Part shown: piece by piece, positions 1-20,349 of the stretch
Layout of the letters: each line of letters starts with the position of its first letter
How positions within the stretch are numbered: position 1 is the first letter of the stretch
Made by a program: the position numbers and the translations under genes
The notes under the pieces: model-generated
The model's input: the letters and a program-made list of their open reading frames with translations, nothing else
What the model was told of the DNA's origin: nothing
The model's database searches: none
Source of the DNA: Tubulanus polymorphus
Lineage: Eukaryota; Animalia; Nemertea
DNA: 64,000 nt
Direction of reading: 5' to 3'
NCBI RefSeq assembly: GCF_964204645.1
Contig: NC_134033.1
Coordinates: forward strand, 12,098,655-12,162,654

Positions 1-271
1 CGTTTCGCTTTGGTCTGATTACCTGATTACCTCGTGATATGATTACATTCCCTAAGACCCGTTTACGTGACTTTCACAAAGCAAACGCATTCATAGTATA
101 TCTTAGCATTACGCGCTAATCCGGGGATTTCGACATCATTACGAAATAATGATGTATAGATAAGATTTTCATCAGCAATGACTGAGATATTGTTATTTCT
201 GTAAAACCAAAAAACCACCCGTGAATCCAGTTGCCCCATGTATATTATATTCCTCTCATTTTCTCTTACAG

Positions 272-6194
<5,923 letters not shown>

Positions 6195-7431
6195 AGCGTC
6201 TTTTTGTACAGTTCGATATCGAAGTAGATCGTCGTTCCTCTGCGTACCACGTCACACACACACCGCGACGACGCGTGGTCGACTGAAATTCGGGTCACAG
6301 GTTACCATCGATACGTCTCTTCTAGAACGGCCTCGTCCGCCAAAAGAAGATAGCACCGGAATTCGAAATACGTCGCTAGTGTCGGTGCGAAAAAAAGTCG
6401 ACAAACAAAATTTATTTTTGTCATTTTGCATTTAACGTGTATGATCATCTGTTTAAGTGAGTGCCATACAAATATATTATTACTAGAATCGGCGGGTGTG
6501 ATAATGCACGGTATAAATTAAAATTGCAGCAGCTGCTGCTCTATGTTGCGAGTGTTTAGTTACGGTTGAGATTAACGTGAGGACCTTGTCAGTCGAGGAT
6601 TTACCGTGATCGTTCGTTCGTAGTAAGTCACCTCTAGCGCACTGAAAAATCTCTTCTATCATTTACCGAAATCTATCCACTCGTCCTCTTCTTCAGTTCA
6701 TCAAGTTTATAAGTAAAAGTGAATATGTACGAAAGAAACGTTGACGAAAGGATTTTTTTTTTAGATTAGGTGGTCAAAAGTTCATCGAAAATCAATCTAT
6801 TTCGGTACAATTTTTAATGTTTTGGTCTTATATATACATCATTGTTAGATTTTCGGCGAGGATCCACAGTTTGACTGCGCCTAGCACGTCCGAGAATGGG
6901 CCTTAGAACTTTTTGGTTACAAAATTGTCAAAGTTAATATAGTTGCCTGACTAGAACAAAATTTTTGTTTTTACTAAAAATTCAGATAAACTATCCACCC
7001 GTAGTCAGTTATTTGAATAATAGATATTTTGTTATCGAAATTTCTTTCTGGAGAACCTTCACCTGGTGGAAGTCACTGTCTCTCTTACTAATACGAGTAT
7101 ACAACGGTTTCCTGTAGGTCTAGTTTAACTAGGTTTTATTTTGGGTGAATAGCAGGATTGTGATACCAATTATATGTATGTCTTTATCAGAGAGTAGAAA
7201 AAATACAACCGGTAAAAATGACAGTAGGAAAAATAGCGCCAATCATGTTTCATCAATTTATTGTTTTTTTTTGTAACTGTACGGATTAAGTAGAGGCAGT
7301 GAAATCGCATGCACTCACCCGGAATCGAAACCTTAGTTACGTCTATTTTCATGTATTTTATCATATTCTGAAGCTCAACGGCGCGAGGTATTACTGAAAT
7401 CACTACGGTTTCTCCAATGATCAACAGGTGA

Positions 7432-7498
7432 GTGGGCGCACTCACCGGGAATCGAACCCGGTTCTGGCACACACGAAGAAAACGCGCTAACCAGTAAA
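7432..7498 (-). mobile_element. tRNA-derived SINE-like head (degenerate)
   Basis: Minus strand TGGTTAGCGCG...GGGTTCGATTCCCGGTGAGTGC; partial duplicate near 7310-7330; no clean cloverleaf. Confidence 0.4.
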
Positions 7499-10400
7499 AC
7501 CGATGGAATTAATCAAGTTCAAGTGCAAGTTAATTTATTTAATAGAAAAGAAAATATACATATACAGGAAATATACATGATAATATTCACGATACAGGCT
7601 ATTTGAGAAAAGTTTGATTTTTGAATAGTGGCTAAACAGCTTGTATAAATGTCGTATTTTCCAAGTAGGCTTGGGTTTAATTATATCTATATTAATCAAA
7701 TTCTAACGTGTATCTAATGTATACCAAACAGTAGGCAGTTTACCTATTGATTCGATACAGTGCACATTGTGCTGGGTTAATTTTCATATTCAATATCTAC
7801 CCCGTGTACATGCGCGTGGTGACATAGTTCGTTGCCCAGCAGTGCTGGGGCCCTGTGTCCATACAACAGAACAAAGGGCCACGTGGACACTCAATAATTG
7901 ACCAGCAACGGCAACCAACAACATTGTTTACACACGTCACACGTAATGTTCACATGTTTCACATTGTCCGACAAATGATTATAATATTTCTCCTCGTACA
8001 CGTCTAACGAATACGTCGATCTACGCAATGACCTGCGACTTAACACATTTGTCTTAAAACTATTGCCGATAAAATGAAAATTCTTGCGACGTTTCGATCT
8101 CACACTTATAGAGATCATCGTCAGGTGTTCTTCTGAAAGACGTTTGTAGTGAAAATTGTGCTCGAGGGCCAACATGACGCACCGGCGTGTTTGAGCTCTG
8201 TGGTTCTGTTTCAGGGGTAGATCCAGGTCTTTGAGAAGAGTTACACTGCGAACGGTTTTAAGGTCCTTGGGTTTTATCCTAAGGAATTTTGAAAATGTAG
8301 ATGCAATTAGGTTTATTCTGAAGGGGGTTATTTAATCGGCGATTCACTTTTAATTCTCGATTACATACTCGATTTTAATAACATGTTTAAAGATGGCTAT
8401 CCAATGAACGGGGTCATGTTTATCTGTAAGATTCTTTATAAGATATATTATATTTACATTGAATTGTATTGTATATGACGCATATGTACTAAACGTAAAT
8501 ATGAGCACACAAACTGCTGTTAAACGGAGAATAAAAAATCAAGCCTGTTTTCTTTTTTTACTACTCAACGAGTTCTTCTCTTATTTCGTCACTCGGTGGA
8601 GTATAGAGTTCCGTCTGAAGTCGAAAAGCGGTTGGCATATCGACCGGAATACAGGTAGACTCCGCCTAAACCGATGCAGTTGGGACCTTCACTTGTTACC
8701 GAATTATTAAGCGGTTACCGGTTTGAAGGACAGGTAAAATCAATGCATAAATGTGGATTTACTGAACCTAATGGCAATCTATGGGATTTTACCCTCATCG
8801 CTTTTATTTCATAGCGATCATCAACGCTTAGGGTTTCCTTATTTCGGTAGTTCAATAGTTTTGAGTTTGTCTTTGAAACTCCGCGACCACTTTTCTCCGT
8901 TTCGGTTTGTTGGGTTTTTGATCCATGACTATAGTTGCTAGCACATGAAATACGGCGCACCTAACATCGATAAAAGATCGATAGCGTTGTAAATTGTTGG
9001 CCTACTTTTCGTTTATTTTTCTTTGATGCTTTCTTGAATTCTTCAAGTCATATCAGAATCTAGTCAGACTGAGCTATAGGCAAAATAGCGTTTACATGAA
9101 TGGTGCCAAATTGGCAAAATATCTGAATTTTTTGAATAATTGAAACCTTAAAATCTCGGAAGCCGTCACTATCGCATTCATGCACATCTAAACCCCATTC
9201 ACACCTACAGATTATACAGGACGTTATGGAACACGTAGGAATGTAAAAAAAAACACATAATGGTGATGAAGCAATAACACTATGAATTATGTTTTTTACA
9301 AGAACAATCGCTCCCACTGTCCTGATTTATTTAAAGAAAAAAGGATTTATTATTCATCGTTTTGTCACTACAAATTGTTGGTTTCAAAAATAAATGCCTC
9401 ATACACAGCGACTATAGTCTGAACTATTCTAATTCCGAAATTGTAGGAATATTGTGAATGCATATTGAAATTATTGATAACATGTGACAAACATGCATCA
9501 GCACTCAATCAGTACCGCGATCAATAAATAGATGTTCATCACAATTCGCTACCTAGTATGCTAATAACTGTAATGTCCCATGTTGTGCGTTGACGTTGCC
9601 TTCGTGATACGCGGACACCTGTTACCAAATTGAAAGCATAGATACTGCTATTTATCGTTAAATGTTAAGCCTTATTGAAAATGAATCAATTTCCACAAAT
9701 CATCGGCAAAAAACGCAGGTTCACCGCGGCTATGACTTCACTTATCAACACATGGAACCACTTGTCGCGAGACGATATAAAGAAATCCAGCCTGGCAGAC
9801 ACCACGTGGTCTATACTTCTCGTCATTTCTCAATTACTTAAATGGTTTCCTATTACTGGAAAAAATGAATTCAGAATATTCAAATGCTTTGTGACCATGT
9901 GTGGCAAGTAAACGTTACGATATGTAGCTGTACAAGATCCGTTGATAGCAGGCGACACTACCAATATCATATCGATAAAACGCTTTGACATGTACCGCGC
10001 TTTTGCGCATGACGCCATTTAACAAATAATTATCAAGTTACGAAAATACTTCTCGTCGCTAAATTGCTCACTGATTGGTCTATTTTAACGGGAAATTCGA
10101 CAGAAGCCTAATACCGTTTGTAATAAGCGCTGTGATTGGCGCGACTGGATCCTAGTCGCGAGGTCCAGGGGCTCGGGGAACGGCTTTAGCTTAGCGAGTT
10201 GAAGTAGTAGTTGGAATCACTTTCGATGGATGAAGATGGAACAATAAGATCATGGATGTAATTCTACATGGAATCAAATTTTGTTGGCTGCCAAATTTGA
10301 TACGTGCATCGAGATTTTGAAGGATATATGAATCGTGGCGCCAATATCACAAACGTTGATGTGATGGAGACAAGGAACGCTGACAATTGATGCAAAGACT

Positions 10401-10909
10401 GGACGTATTGGCCCACTCCGCGCGGGATTTACGCGAAGCAGCGGAAAGCAAAAAGGCCACATTCCGTATTTTTGGCAAAGTAGAAAATATGTATGAATTT
10501 CAATAATTTTCAGCTCTTAGGGTTTCAAGGCACAATATAATTATATGATGCGATAAGGTGAAGTTGATAAATGATAATGACGCAGTGAAGCTGAGGAACT
10601 ATCCCCATTGAGTGTACAGCGGTCAAAAACATATAGATTGGCGTAGAGTTACATAACTATTAGCAGTGAATTGCAGACGAAACATGAAGCCTTAATGGCC
10701 GTTTACAAATAGATCATAGCAATCTTTATTAATTCCGTTAAGTACAAAGCTTTGTAGGATAAGACAAGTTAATAAAGAAACAACACAACCGTCATGATAA
10801 TAAATCTTACTGTCTGCACCAGTATACATGTATGGCAAACTACGAATTAATCAACGAAGCACTCACGTTACAGGACAATGGCTGCGTCCATCATGGTCAT
10901 GGAGTCCCT

Positions 10910-10985
10910 CGCCTCCATGGTCTAATGGGAACATGATACGCTTGTAACCTGCTGGCCCGGGTTCGAATACTGCACTGACCGCTCA
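10910..10985 (+). mobile_element. tRNA-derived SINE-like head
   Basis: A-box-like TGGTCTAATGG and B-box-like GGTTCGAATAC at Pol III spacing. Confidence 0.4.
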
Positions 10986-12192
10986 ATTTCTTAACTCTAT
11001 GCTCCAGACTGTCTTTGGATTTTCGAAGTCGCAGCCTCGGTAATATTGCCGCGACATTAGCAAAATATTTTGGTGCGCATTACCGCATTGGCAAGATAAC
11101 ACCTGTCAAGTTGTTTGACAATAATCGTAGCGATCTGTGTGCTAGCCAGAAATGCACTCAGATCACACTTTACCGATCCGACCCCTAGCTACCAACTGCT
11201 TTGTCACCAACCTTCCAATTATCTAAGTGTGCGTGTCTCTCCCTGATTTCAAACGATATGACTCATATATGTTTTAATATCTATCGTCGAAAAGCAATAT
11301 CTCTATTCAAAAAGCACATTTCTTATCTTATCATATGCATTATCATTATTGTGAACAAACAACCAAGTCTAGAACACAACGACGTTGAACGTGGGTTAGA
11401 AGTAATAAAGGTGGTCGCGATAAAGGAAGTTTGAATCATTCCGAATATTGACATGTACGCACAGTGTAAAGGTACACGATTACGGAGTGATATTATATTC
11501 GAGTGTTACAACCAGTAAGTTTAGGAATATATGGACGTACGCGGGGGATTAAAGCATATTGAGTGATCGAAGTGCACAATAAGTTGTAGGTTAAATATGG
11601 ATTAGTTGCAGATGTTTGAGTCGTGTTAGACCTCTCGCTCCTACGTATATCATCTAGTATTGTATTGTTATTCATTTTCTGATATTGATTACATCGATGA
11701 AAGAACCGCTCGCGGCCGATTGTACCACGTGTTACACCGGCTCTGATTCGGTATTCGGTGTGCCGGCGAAACGAAATAGATGTATGGTTATAACGCCTAT
11801 AACGCGTCGGACGCAGGGAAAAGCGGAAACACGGAGTCAAGCACGTTTGATCTCGGAAACATTGATTCCGGAAAGCTCAAAAATATCTCTGTCTTCTGTT
11901 TCCGGGTTTCCCTGCGACGTGCGAACATTTTCAGCGTATAAATTTGAGTAAAAGTCGCGTGTTCGTCTGTTTGGAAATCACAAAACGATAATGAACTATA
12001 TTCGGGATTTTATTCGAAGGAAATTTTGATTTTGCCTCAGTAGCACTGCGGGCACCCCATTGAAATCACATTTGCAAAGGTTGCAATTTGCAAAACTCGA
12101 ATTTGAGAGGGAAATGATATATATAATTGTCGAAACGAAATTGATGATCTTTTTTTTTGTATATTTCAGGAGGCCGCTGCTTATCCAGTAGG

Positions 12193-13227
12193 ATGTATTG
12201 CTCGAGATATATTTTGGGGCGGAATTCAGTTTCAATCGTTTTGTTTGCGCTATCGATTTTTGTAATTGTTGGTTTGTATCTCGTTTTGGAAACATCGATT
12301 ACAAACTATAAACCACAGCAAACGGAGAAGAAGATCGATTCGCTGCCCGTTAAGCCAAAAGGGATCAATACTAGTATGACGGTTATTACGCAGGCGCGAT
12401 TGGGCAATAATATGTTTCAGTACGCCGCTCTTGTTGGGGTCGCGTTAGCTAGAGGTCACGTGCCTATCTACCTAAACGAGGGAAACGATTTGAGGAAAAT
12501 ATTCGACATAAGTGCTGCGAAATACCCGGATAGCGAACACGGTGTGCGTGTTACAAAAAATTCTAATCGCTACAACGAGAATTGTTGCCTTTTCGACCCA
12601 AAGTTAATGAAAACTGTCAAGATCGAAGGGAATTTTGTACTGAATGGTTTTTTCCAGAATTGGCGTTATTTCCATCCGCACGCGTCCGATCAGCTGCGGC
12701 GAGAGTTCACGTTCAGAAAGCAGGTCACAGACGCCGCCGAATCCTTCCTGGCGAAAACAACGACAAAATTTAGACAAAAACTCGCATCTACTAAAAACAA
12801 TACGAAAGTGACGTATGTGGGCGTTCATGTGCGTCGTGGGGACATTACGAACAAATTTTATTATGATAAAGTCGGTATGAGGCAACCGACGATGGATTAT
12901 TTCAAAAAAGCGATGGCAATTATGGAAAGTTTATACCATAACGTGTTTTACGTGATCTGTAGTGACGATTTGAAATGGTGCCGCGACAATTTCGGCTCGA
13001 TGCCGAACACGGCGTTTTGTCCCGGCACGGATCGTCTGGTCGATCTGGCGATCTTATCGAAATCAAACCACTCGATTTTAACGATCGGATCGTTTGGATT
13101 CTGGGCCGCATTTTTAGCGAACGGTACAACGACTTATTTCGGCAGCGCCAGAGCACTCGGTACAGATGCCGATCGAATGTTCAGCTACGATCAATACTTT
13201 ATGCCGGAATGGATCAAAATCCCGTAA
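12193..13227 (+). CDS. Galactoside alpha-1,2-fucosyltransferase (GT11, FUT1/FUT2-like), copy 1
   Basis: Type II TM anchor; motifs RLGNNMFQYA, GFFQNWRYF, VGVHVRRGD, SDDLKWC, GSFGFWAAFL. Single coding exon after the acceptor ATATTTCAG; first ATG at 12193. Confidence 0.93.
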   Translation: MYCSRYILGRNSVSIVLFALSIFVIVGLYLVLETSITNYKPQQTEKKIDSLPVKPKGINTSMTVITQARLGNNMFQYAALVGVALARGHVPIYLNEGNDLRKIFDISAAKYPDSEHGVRVTKNSNRYNENCCLFDPKLMKTVKIEGNFVLNGFFQNWRYFHPHASDQLRREFTFRKQVTDAAESFLAKTTTKFRQKLASTKNNTKVTYVGVHVRRGDITNKFYYDKVGMRQPTMDYFKKAMAIMESLYHNVFYVICSDDLKWCRDNFGSMPNTAFCPGTDRLVDLAILSKSNHSILTIGSFGFWAAFLANGTTTYFGSARALGTDADRMFSYDQYFMPEWIKIP

Positions 13228-15894
13228 AACGGTTAAAATCCCGAATCAGTGACTCAATCAAACGTAACGATGCCTATCGCATGAATAACCTCGCGGCAAT
13301 ACCTGTACTCTGTGGGTAAATAGCTGTTCGAGCCCGAACGAAATTCATTTCTGATTTACAAACGTATTTTTTCCCGCTAGTTAATTCGGACTCTCGTTGA
13401 TCTGGGGCCAATTTGCGGTCGTCGTTTTGCCCGAGGTTTACTGTAGGGTTCACCTGGTTGGTTCGTCTAACGAATATCCGTCCCTTGGTGGGTTCATTGC
13501 TCCAGTTTTGAATGAAAATTGGTGTTTTGACGCGAAAAGGAGATTGTACGGAAATTATTCCCAGGAGAGGAATTAAGATCTTATAGACTACCGGTATTGA
13601 GAGGTTCGGTAACTGTATGTTCAGTTTAACCTGAGTAGACGAAACCGATTTCTAATCACGGAAATTGTACAGGTCTCATATCCGCTAGAAGGTATAGCAA
13701 TTTTACCCCTTGCATTGCGTGTTTAATAGTACCGGTAGTGTATGTTATGTATGATAAAAATGAAGAATGTATGAATTATCATTAATCAAAATGAAACAAT
13801 GAACGATGCTGCTAACATAGCTAACATAGTGACCTTCATCAGGTGTGTGCGCTTTCAATAATTTACTGCTCTTCAAAAAAATCGTCTTGCAAATTTGTGT
13901 ATATCGGCGGGCTGACCACACGTCCGAGTATTCAACAGGAAGTCCGTCTCCGTCCAAGATATGTTAATGAAATGGCGTCTCATATATTTTCGTATTCTTT
14001 ACAAACAATTTCCTATCCATGGAACCATCCATAATAATCATATCTGTCGACTTGATCGCTTAATTCAGTTCTAAGTGAAAGGTTTGCAGCGTTTTATATT
14101 TACATATGTTCACGTCCAAATAATTAAACTACGCATATGATACTACATGTGTATATAATGTATCTGAAATATATTTTCTTGGTCTATAGAAAAATACTTC
14201 GTTGTTTAATCGGCCTTCGTTCTAATATTCCATATATTGACATTATCGCCGCGTTCACTCGGGTGCCAAATTTGGCCCGACCAAAGACGTCGGATCAAGC
14301 CCGAGTAAGATTTTAGCACGAGTCAAATAACTGTATGTGAGTTGCAACTGGTTCCGGAAGTGGCTCACATCGCCTTGTTTTTGAGCATTGTTTAACCCTT
14401 TCAGATTCGTTCGATAACTAACATCCGTACGCAACAAAACATAAGAAAAACTGGAATAACGGACCCAAAGTTTATATCCTCGATCGATTTCTATTTGACA
14501 TTTATTTCGCTGCCGATTATGATTAAACCCATATATATCCCTGGTTTTCAATAATCAATTTTTTTAAGGATTTCCCGAAACATGCATTAAAAATTATCGA
14601 CCCCACTTTTGCGAGGGCTCGTACACGGTGGCCAAAAATTCGTTAGTGTACCGATTTCACATTCCCATCGGTGACGTGGATTTCACTTGCAACCGAAGAG
14701 CCCCATCAAGTAATTAGCTTCTGACTATATATTGCATGCCTGGCCCGTGTAGGTGAAAAAGCGTGAACTGCAGGTAAGAAAGGCATAAAATGTCATTTCA
14801 TTCCAGTGTCGACGAACATTTCGGTGACGCTGTAGCAAGCTCCAGATCGCCGAAATAACATCGTTATATTCTCCGGGCCGAGAGAAAAATGCATTGTATT
14901 TTCATGCGAATCATAGGCCTATTCGGGAATTAATTCGGAGAATGAGGATCACTCAGAACTAATTGATCTTTGAAAATATGGAATTATTATGAAAATTGAA
15001 TTAGAAATCATTCGTAGTGTCTCGCCGGGCAAGACACTTGCCGTGATCCTCATTGCCACTCTTCACCGGGCAGATGGGTCCACTTGGCCTGATTGGAGTC
15101 CCAAGCGCTAAGTGTGAAATCTCTCATCGCTACCATGAATGAGCAGCAGCCTTTTAAGCAGCTCTAAGTTTATCCACGATCAGCTTCGAAGGATGCAACA
15201 GCATTATGACAATGGTTGTGCCAGAGCAATCTGCCCTGGGCAGAGCGTTTCCATGTCTCAGTGTCTATGCCGCTGGCTTGAGTTGACGCTTGTGAGTGAG
15301 TCCTTGAAGCGTAGGTGTGGACGGCCAATATTACTACGGCGGCCAGCACGCAGTTGGCTGTTGTATAGTAGGGCCTTAGGTAACCTGCTATCATCCATCA
15401 GCGCTTAGTACAGGTAGTTAGTTGCTCAGATGTTACTTCTCCACAGGGATGCAATGTTAGAGTAATAGGCTGGGAGTATCTAGATGATACCAATTCAACG
15501 GAAAGCGCCATTTAACTTAGCAGCGAGGGGCACTTAAGAATTAAATTACTATCACTACTACTATCTAATAAGGCCAGTTGTCGGCTCAGCATGGTCGGGC
15601 GACGCCTGACTTGAGAACACTTTGATTGTGAAAGAATATATTGGGAATTATCATCAGTAAATGAAAATCGTCAATCAAAATAGTTAAATTCGAGAACCTT
15701 ATTGCGTAATCGCGTTCAGGCGTAACGTAAATTTAAAGAATATTAACTACACCATTCTGGAATTGAAATGATTTTTTGCAAAACTCGAATTCGAGAATGA
15801 AATGATGTTCAGATATATTTATCGAAAACAAAATTGATTGTCTCTTTTTCCTATATTTCAGCACGCTGCTCTCAAACATCACCACCTCATTAAG

Positions 15895-16977
15895 ATGCGT
15901 TGCTTTAGATATTTTTGGAGGCGGAAATCAGCTTCAATCGTTTTGTTTGCGATATCGCTTTTCGTAATTACCAATATCTACCTCGTTTTGGAAACAACAA
16001 TCATAAACAATAAACCACTACGACGGCAAACGGAGGAAACACTACAAATCTCACCGAAATATATCCCCTCTTCTACTGCCATGAGTAGTGGTAAGCAAAA
16101 ACCAACTAAGAAGAAAGTCCCTACTATAATGACGGTCAGTGCACAGGGGCGATTGGGCAATACTATGTTTCAGTACGCCGCTCTTGTTGGAGTAGCGTTA
16201 GCTAGAGGTCACGTGCCTATCTACCTAAACGAGGGAAACGATTTGAGGAAAATATTCAACATAAGTGCTGCGAAATACCCGGATAGCGAGCTCGGTGTGC
16301 GAGTTACAAAAACTGCCAATCGCTACAACGAGAATTGTTGCCTTTTCGACCCGAAGTTGATGAAAACTGTCAAGATCGCAGGGAATTTTGTGCTGAGCGG
16401 ATATTTTCAGAATTGGCGTTATTTCCATCCACACGCGTCCGATCAGCTGCGGCGTGAGTTCACGTTCAGAAAGCAGGTCACAGACGCCGCCGAATCCTTC
16501 CTGGCGAAAACAACGACAAAATTTAGACAAAAACTCGCAACTACTAAAAACAGTACGGAAGTGACGTATGTGGGCGTTCATGTACGTCGTGGGGACATTA
16601 CGAACGACCGCTATAGAAAATTAGGTATGCGGCAACCGACGATGGATTATTTCAAAAAAGCGATGGCAATTATGGAAAGTTTATACCATAACGTGTTTTA
16701 CGTGATCTGTAGTGACGATTTGAAATGGTGCCGCGACAATTTCGGCTCGATGCCGAACACGGCGTTTTGTCCCGGCACTGATCGTCTGGTCGATCTGGCG
16801 ATTTTATCGAAATCAAACCACTCGATTTTAACGATCGGATCGTTTGGATTCTGGGGCGCGTTTTTGGCAAACGGTACAACGACTTATTTCGGCAGCGCCA
16901 GAGCACTCCGTACAGATGCCGATCGAATGTTCAGCTACGATCAATACTTTATGCCGGAATGGATCAAAATCCCGTAA
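15895..16977 (+). CDS. Alpha-1,2-fucosyltransferase (GT11), copy 2
   Basis: GRLGNTMFQYA, HVRRGD and other GT11 motifs; catalytic domain near-identical to copy 1. Confidence 0.93.
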   Translation: MRCFRYFWRRKSASIVLFAISLFVITNIYLVLETTIINNKPLRRQTEETLQISPKYIPSSTAMSSGKQKPTKKKVPTIMTVSAQGRLGNTMFQYAALVGVALARGHVPIYLNEGNDLRKIFNISAAKYPDSELGVRVTKTANRYNENCCLFDPKLMKTVKIAGNFVLSGYFQNWRYFHPHASDQLRREFTFRKQVTDAAESFLAKTTTKFRQKLATTKNSTEVTYVGVHVRRGDITNDRYRKLGMRQPTMDYFKKAMAIMESLYHNVFYVICSDDLKWCRDNFGSMPNTAFCPGTDRLVDLAILSKSNHSILTIGSFGFWGAFLANGTTTYFGSARALRTDADRMFSYDQYFMPEWIKIP

Positions 16978-18174
16978 AACGGTTTAGAATCCGGAATCAG
17001 TGACTCAGTCAGACGTAACGATGCATTTCCAGCTGTTTTCCGTTCTGTGTTGATGTACTATCGCCATGTTTGTTTCACATCAATTTAGAAAAAATAACCC
17101 GAAACATACAACTCATAATCTAATACATACATTACAATGTCCATACCGTTTATATAGAAGGAAGGTCCCATTGGATTCGTTATCATCAACATTATTTTCT
17201 GATTGTTGACTCTTGGCGTTCGCTTAACGGGTGCTAATTTTCCCGGTCCTAGTTTTTCCCCGAGTAAGTGCAGGTTTTCTGTATAGAGTTGGTTCGTCTA
17301 ACGAATATTCGTCCCATGTCGGGTTCCACATTCCAGTTAGGGTTTATGCGTGATGACGGGATTACCAAAAATATATTTCTTGAATGATTTTGCATTTATT
17401 CGTTTTCAAAATAAATGAAAGCGAATGATCTAACCGGGGGTCTGAAACGAACATCAAATCGCCCCATTGCTTGAAAGGCTGTAGTCGTAAGACGTGTCGT
17501 GCGTGTTACAGACTGTGGTCATCTATGTTAATTTCGAGCACCAGTTAACTCTATATAATTGGTCGACACCGGGCTCACGTTTTGATCGATACAGCGCTCC
17601 TGTGTAGAACTGCGGAATCAAGCGCAGTAATGACTGTTTTCCATGGAAACAACGTTTTTTTCAGTCATGCTAGATTTATGCACATCGTTTGACGTGCTTA
17701 GAGACTAGACAGCTCCGTGCGTGGATTGAATGCTCTCAGATAGTTCGGGCACCAATAAAGGTAGGCCCGTACGTTTTAGGCGCACGATAGGTGTCAAAAC
17801 ACAACCATGCTCGTCGCTCGCAAAACACTAGAATACGGACGTATTTCCAGAGCCAGATCAGTGCTTTTTACGGTGTTTTATCATTCGAGAAACCCTAACC
17901 AAATTCAACCAAATTCCACCGTTCAAAAACTTCATTCACTCTCTTCCACCACCCTGCCTTAAACCGATCATTCTTCAAAACGATAAAAACTTAATGGACT
18001 TAGGTTAAATGAAAATGAATTTCTTTTGTAAAAGGCTTTTCTTCAGCTACTAAATATATCCAGTTGTTATACATACACACAATGTATGTTCAAAAACTGT
18101 GTGATTGGTGTCAGAAACTTCTTAACGATTCCATGTTGCCTTTTCCAAAGATGTACTGAATTTTTGAAGATCAT

Positions 18175-18657
18175 TAAGGGAGAGTCCAAAAATTACGTAC
18201 CTCTAATTGGGGGAGGGGGGTTACTGAATATTGGTACAAAGTGGTACATGGGGGAGGGGGTCAGCAAAAAAGGTACGTGCTTTGAGGGAGGGGGGTATTA
18301 TTCTATCTTGGTAAGTACTTTATGCACCCCAAACTCAAATGAAAATGGCCGATACTGGTGTGTTATCGGCTTTTACTGACTCAAGTGACATGTAGTATAC
18401 TTCAACTGGGAATTCCCCATACCAGATACCCGTATCGATCTTACACGCACTTGTTGGAATCAGGTATTTATATTTTTAAATTTTTTGTTTTAATTTGTGT
18501 TCTTTGCATCAATATAATGGGGGGGGGGGTCATGGGTATCATGGTACGTACCTATGAGGGGGTCAGTGAATTTGGTACACAGGTGGTACAAGGGAGGGGG
18601 GGGGGGTCCAGAAAAACTGGAGATTTCGAGGTACGTAATTTCTGGACGCATCCTAAG
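18175..18657. mobile_element. MITE with about 28-bp imperfect TIRs
   Basis: Left TAAGGGAGAGTCCAAAAATTACGTACCTC; right GAGGTACGTAATTTCTGGACGCATCCTAA; G-rich subterminal tracts. Confidence 0.6.
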
Positions 18658-20035
18658 CTGAGCTAACAAAATTGCGAAAACGCCATAACACATTAATTCA
18701 AAGCTTCGTATACGTTTTCGACGCTCTAGGCAACGCTAGGGTGTGGATAGAGGACACGCCCTAAAACTAAAATAGATTTTAGCGTTTGAAGCTGTATCCA
18801 GTGAGATGGGTTGGGAGGGGAAAAAGAAATACAGCACTACCACCAACCAGATACACACACAAGAGATAGAACTATCTAATTTTTTGTTAAGTCTGCAACA
18901 CATTGGGTCAATGTTATAACTTGCAGAAAATTATACATGTACCTTTATTGGCAAATATTTCGAAATTGCAGAAAAATCGAATGCGAAAGGACATCACTTT
19001 AAGTAACAAGATTTCTATTCTTCGAGTTTAAGACAGTTTTTAATCGATATCTAACGGGATAATATGACATGTTCATAAAATAAGCTCAGCTAATAAAATT
19101 GTATCTTGAGACCGTCGTCGAAAGATTCAATGAAAGATGTGCTGCTACATACACTATTATCAACGCTTCTTTGTAGATTGGGGACACGCCCGACAAAATA
19201 TGCAACATAGATTTTCTAGCGTATTGAAATGATGATGTATGCAAATAGAAAGCGAGTAAGCTCGCTGTACCCGTAGAGAAATATAAGCTACGGATTTCGT
19301 TGTTATCTTTTTTAAAAATTGCAACGTGGCTTAAGAAATTGATTACGTAGAATTATTTCTATTATGCAGTCATCTCAAAATGATATAGTTTTTGGTGAGT
19401 ACATCGACATCATGAGAATGTATTAAAAAAGGCGTCGAAAGTTTACAATGTATATTCGTTTACCTTTTTGACGCAATTCAAAACTGTTACGATAATGTAT
19501 TGATACATTGATACTAAGTATGCGTTACGTCTTAAGGGGCACTGTCTGAGTCGATGTGCACTACGTCGTCGATATTGGCGATTCAAAATTAACGATACCA
19601 TTTGTGAATTTGGGCGTTCATTTTTTAATCAAATAATTATTCCATAAATCTCATTTTCCATCTGGTTCATCTCTTCTTGATGATGAATTTTGAGTGAATG
19701 GCCAATGAAAAACCGTGCATTGATAGATGCCTAGCGTCATCGGGGCTAGCTAGACCGGTTGCCGGTCTCTACCTTCAGTTAGACTATCCTGAATGCGAAT
19801 GCAGGTGGCGCAGAATTGGACAGGCGACCAGCCTACGTGGCTAGCCTGTTTGGATTGGTCGGCGTTGGTAGGGTCTGAAACAGGGTCTCCTGCGGGGACC
19901 GGAGCCGGGACCGTGTTTCAGACCCTACCGTCGGCGTGCAATTCAATTCATTCGTCGATAAAATTCAAATTCAATAATATAGCTGCAAAGCAGCGATAAC
20001 GGGTTTTTTGCACAGTCTTAGAATCCTGTTCAACG

Positions 20036-20268
20036 GTGGATTTCAACAAAGCATTTGATAAGGTTCAACATCAGCCATTACTAAAGAGTCTATTAGGAAA
20101 CAGTATCAATGATAGGTCGTTAAAATGGCTCAGAAGTTATCTCTGAACGGAAACTTGTAACCGAAATCAACGGAACGCCTCATCTTGGAATGAGACGGTC
20201 TAACTAGTGGAGTCACGCAAGGTAGTATCCTAAGTCGTCTTCTGTTTAATGTCCTGACAAATGAAATA
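20036..20268 (+). pseudogene. Degenerate non-LTR (CR1/L2/Jockey-like) reverse transcriptase fragment
   Basis: Translates to VDFNKAFDKVQHQPLL...LKWLRSYL and SGVTQGSILSRLLFNV (RT motifs DF.KAFD.V.H and GVPQGS.L.P.LF), with frameshifts. Confidence 0.75.
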
Positions 20269-20349
20269 CACAGTAATCCAAAATATATCAGACCGAGTAA
20301 ATTTCCAAAACGACCTTAACACACTGTTCGACCAAAAAACTTAATGTTC

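Noticed and set aside
13800-13855. Third hammerhead (minus strand CCTGATGAAGGTCAC)
   Set aside because: No matching stem II or GAAA element follows.
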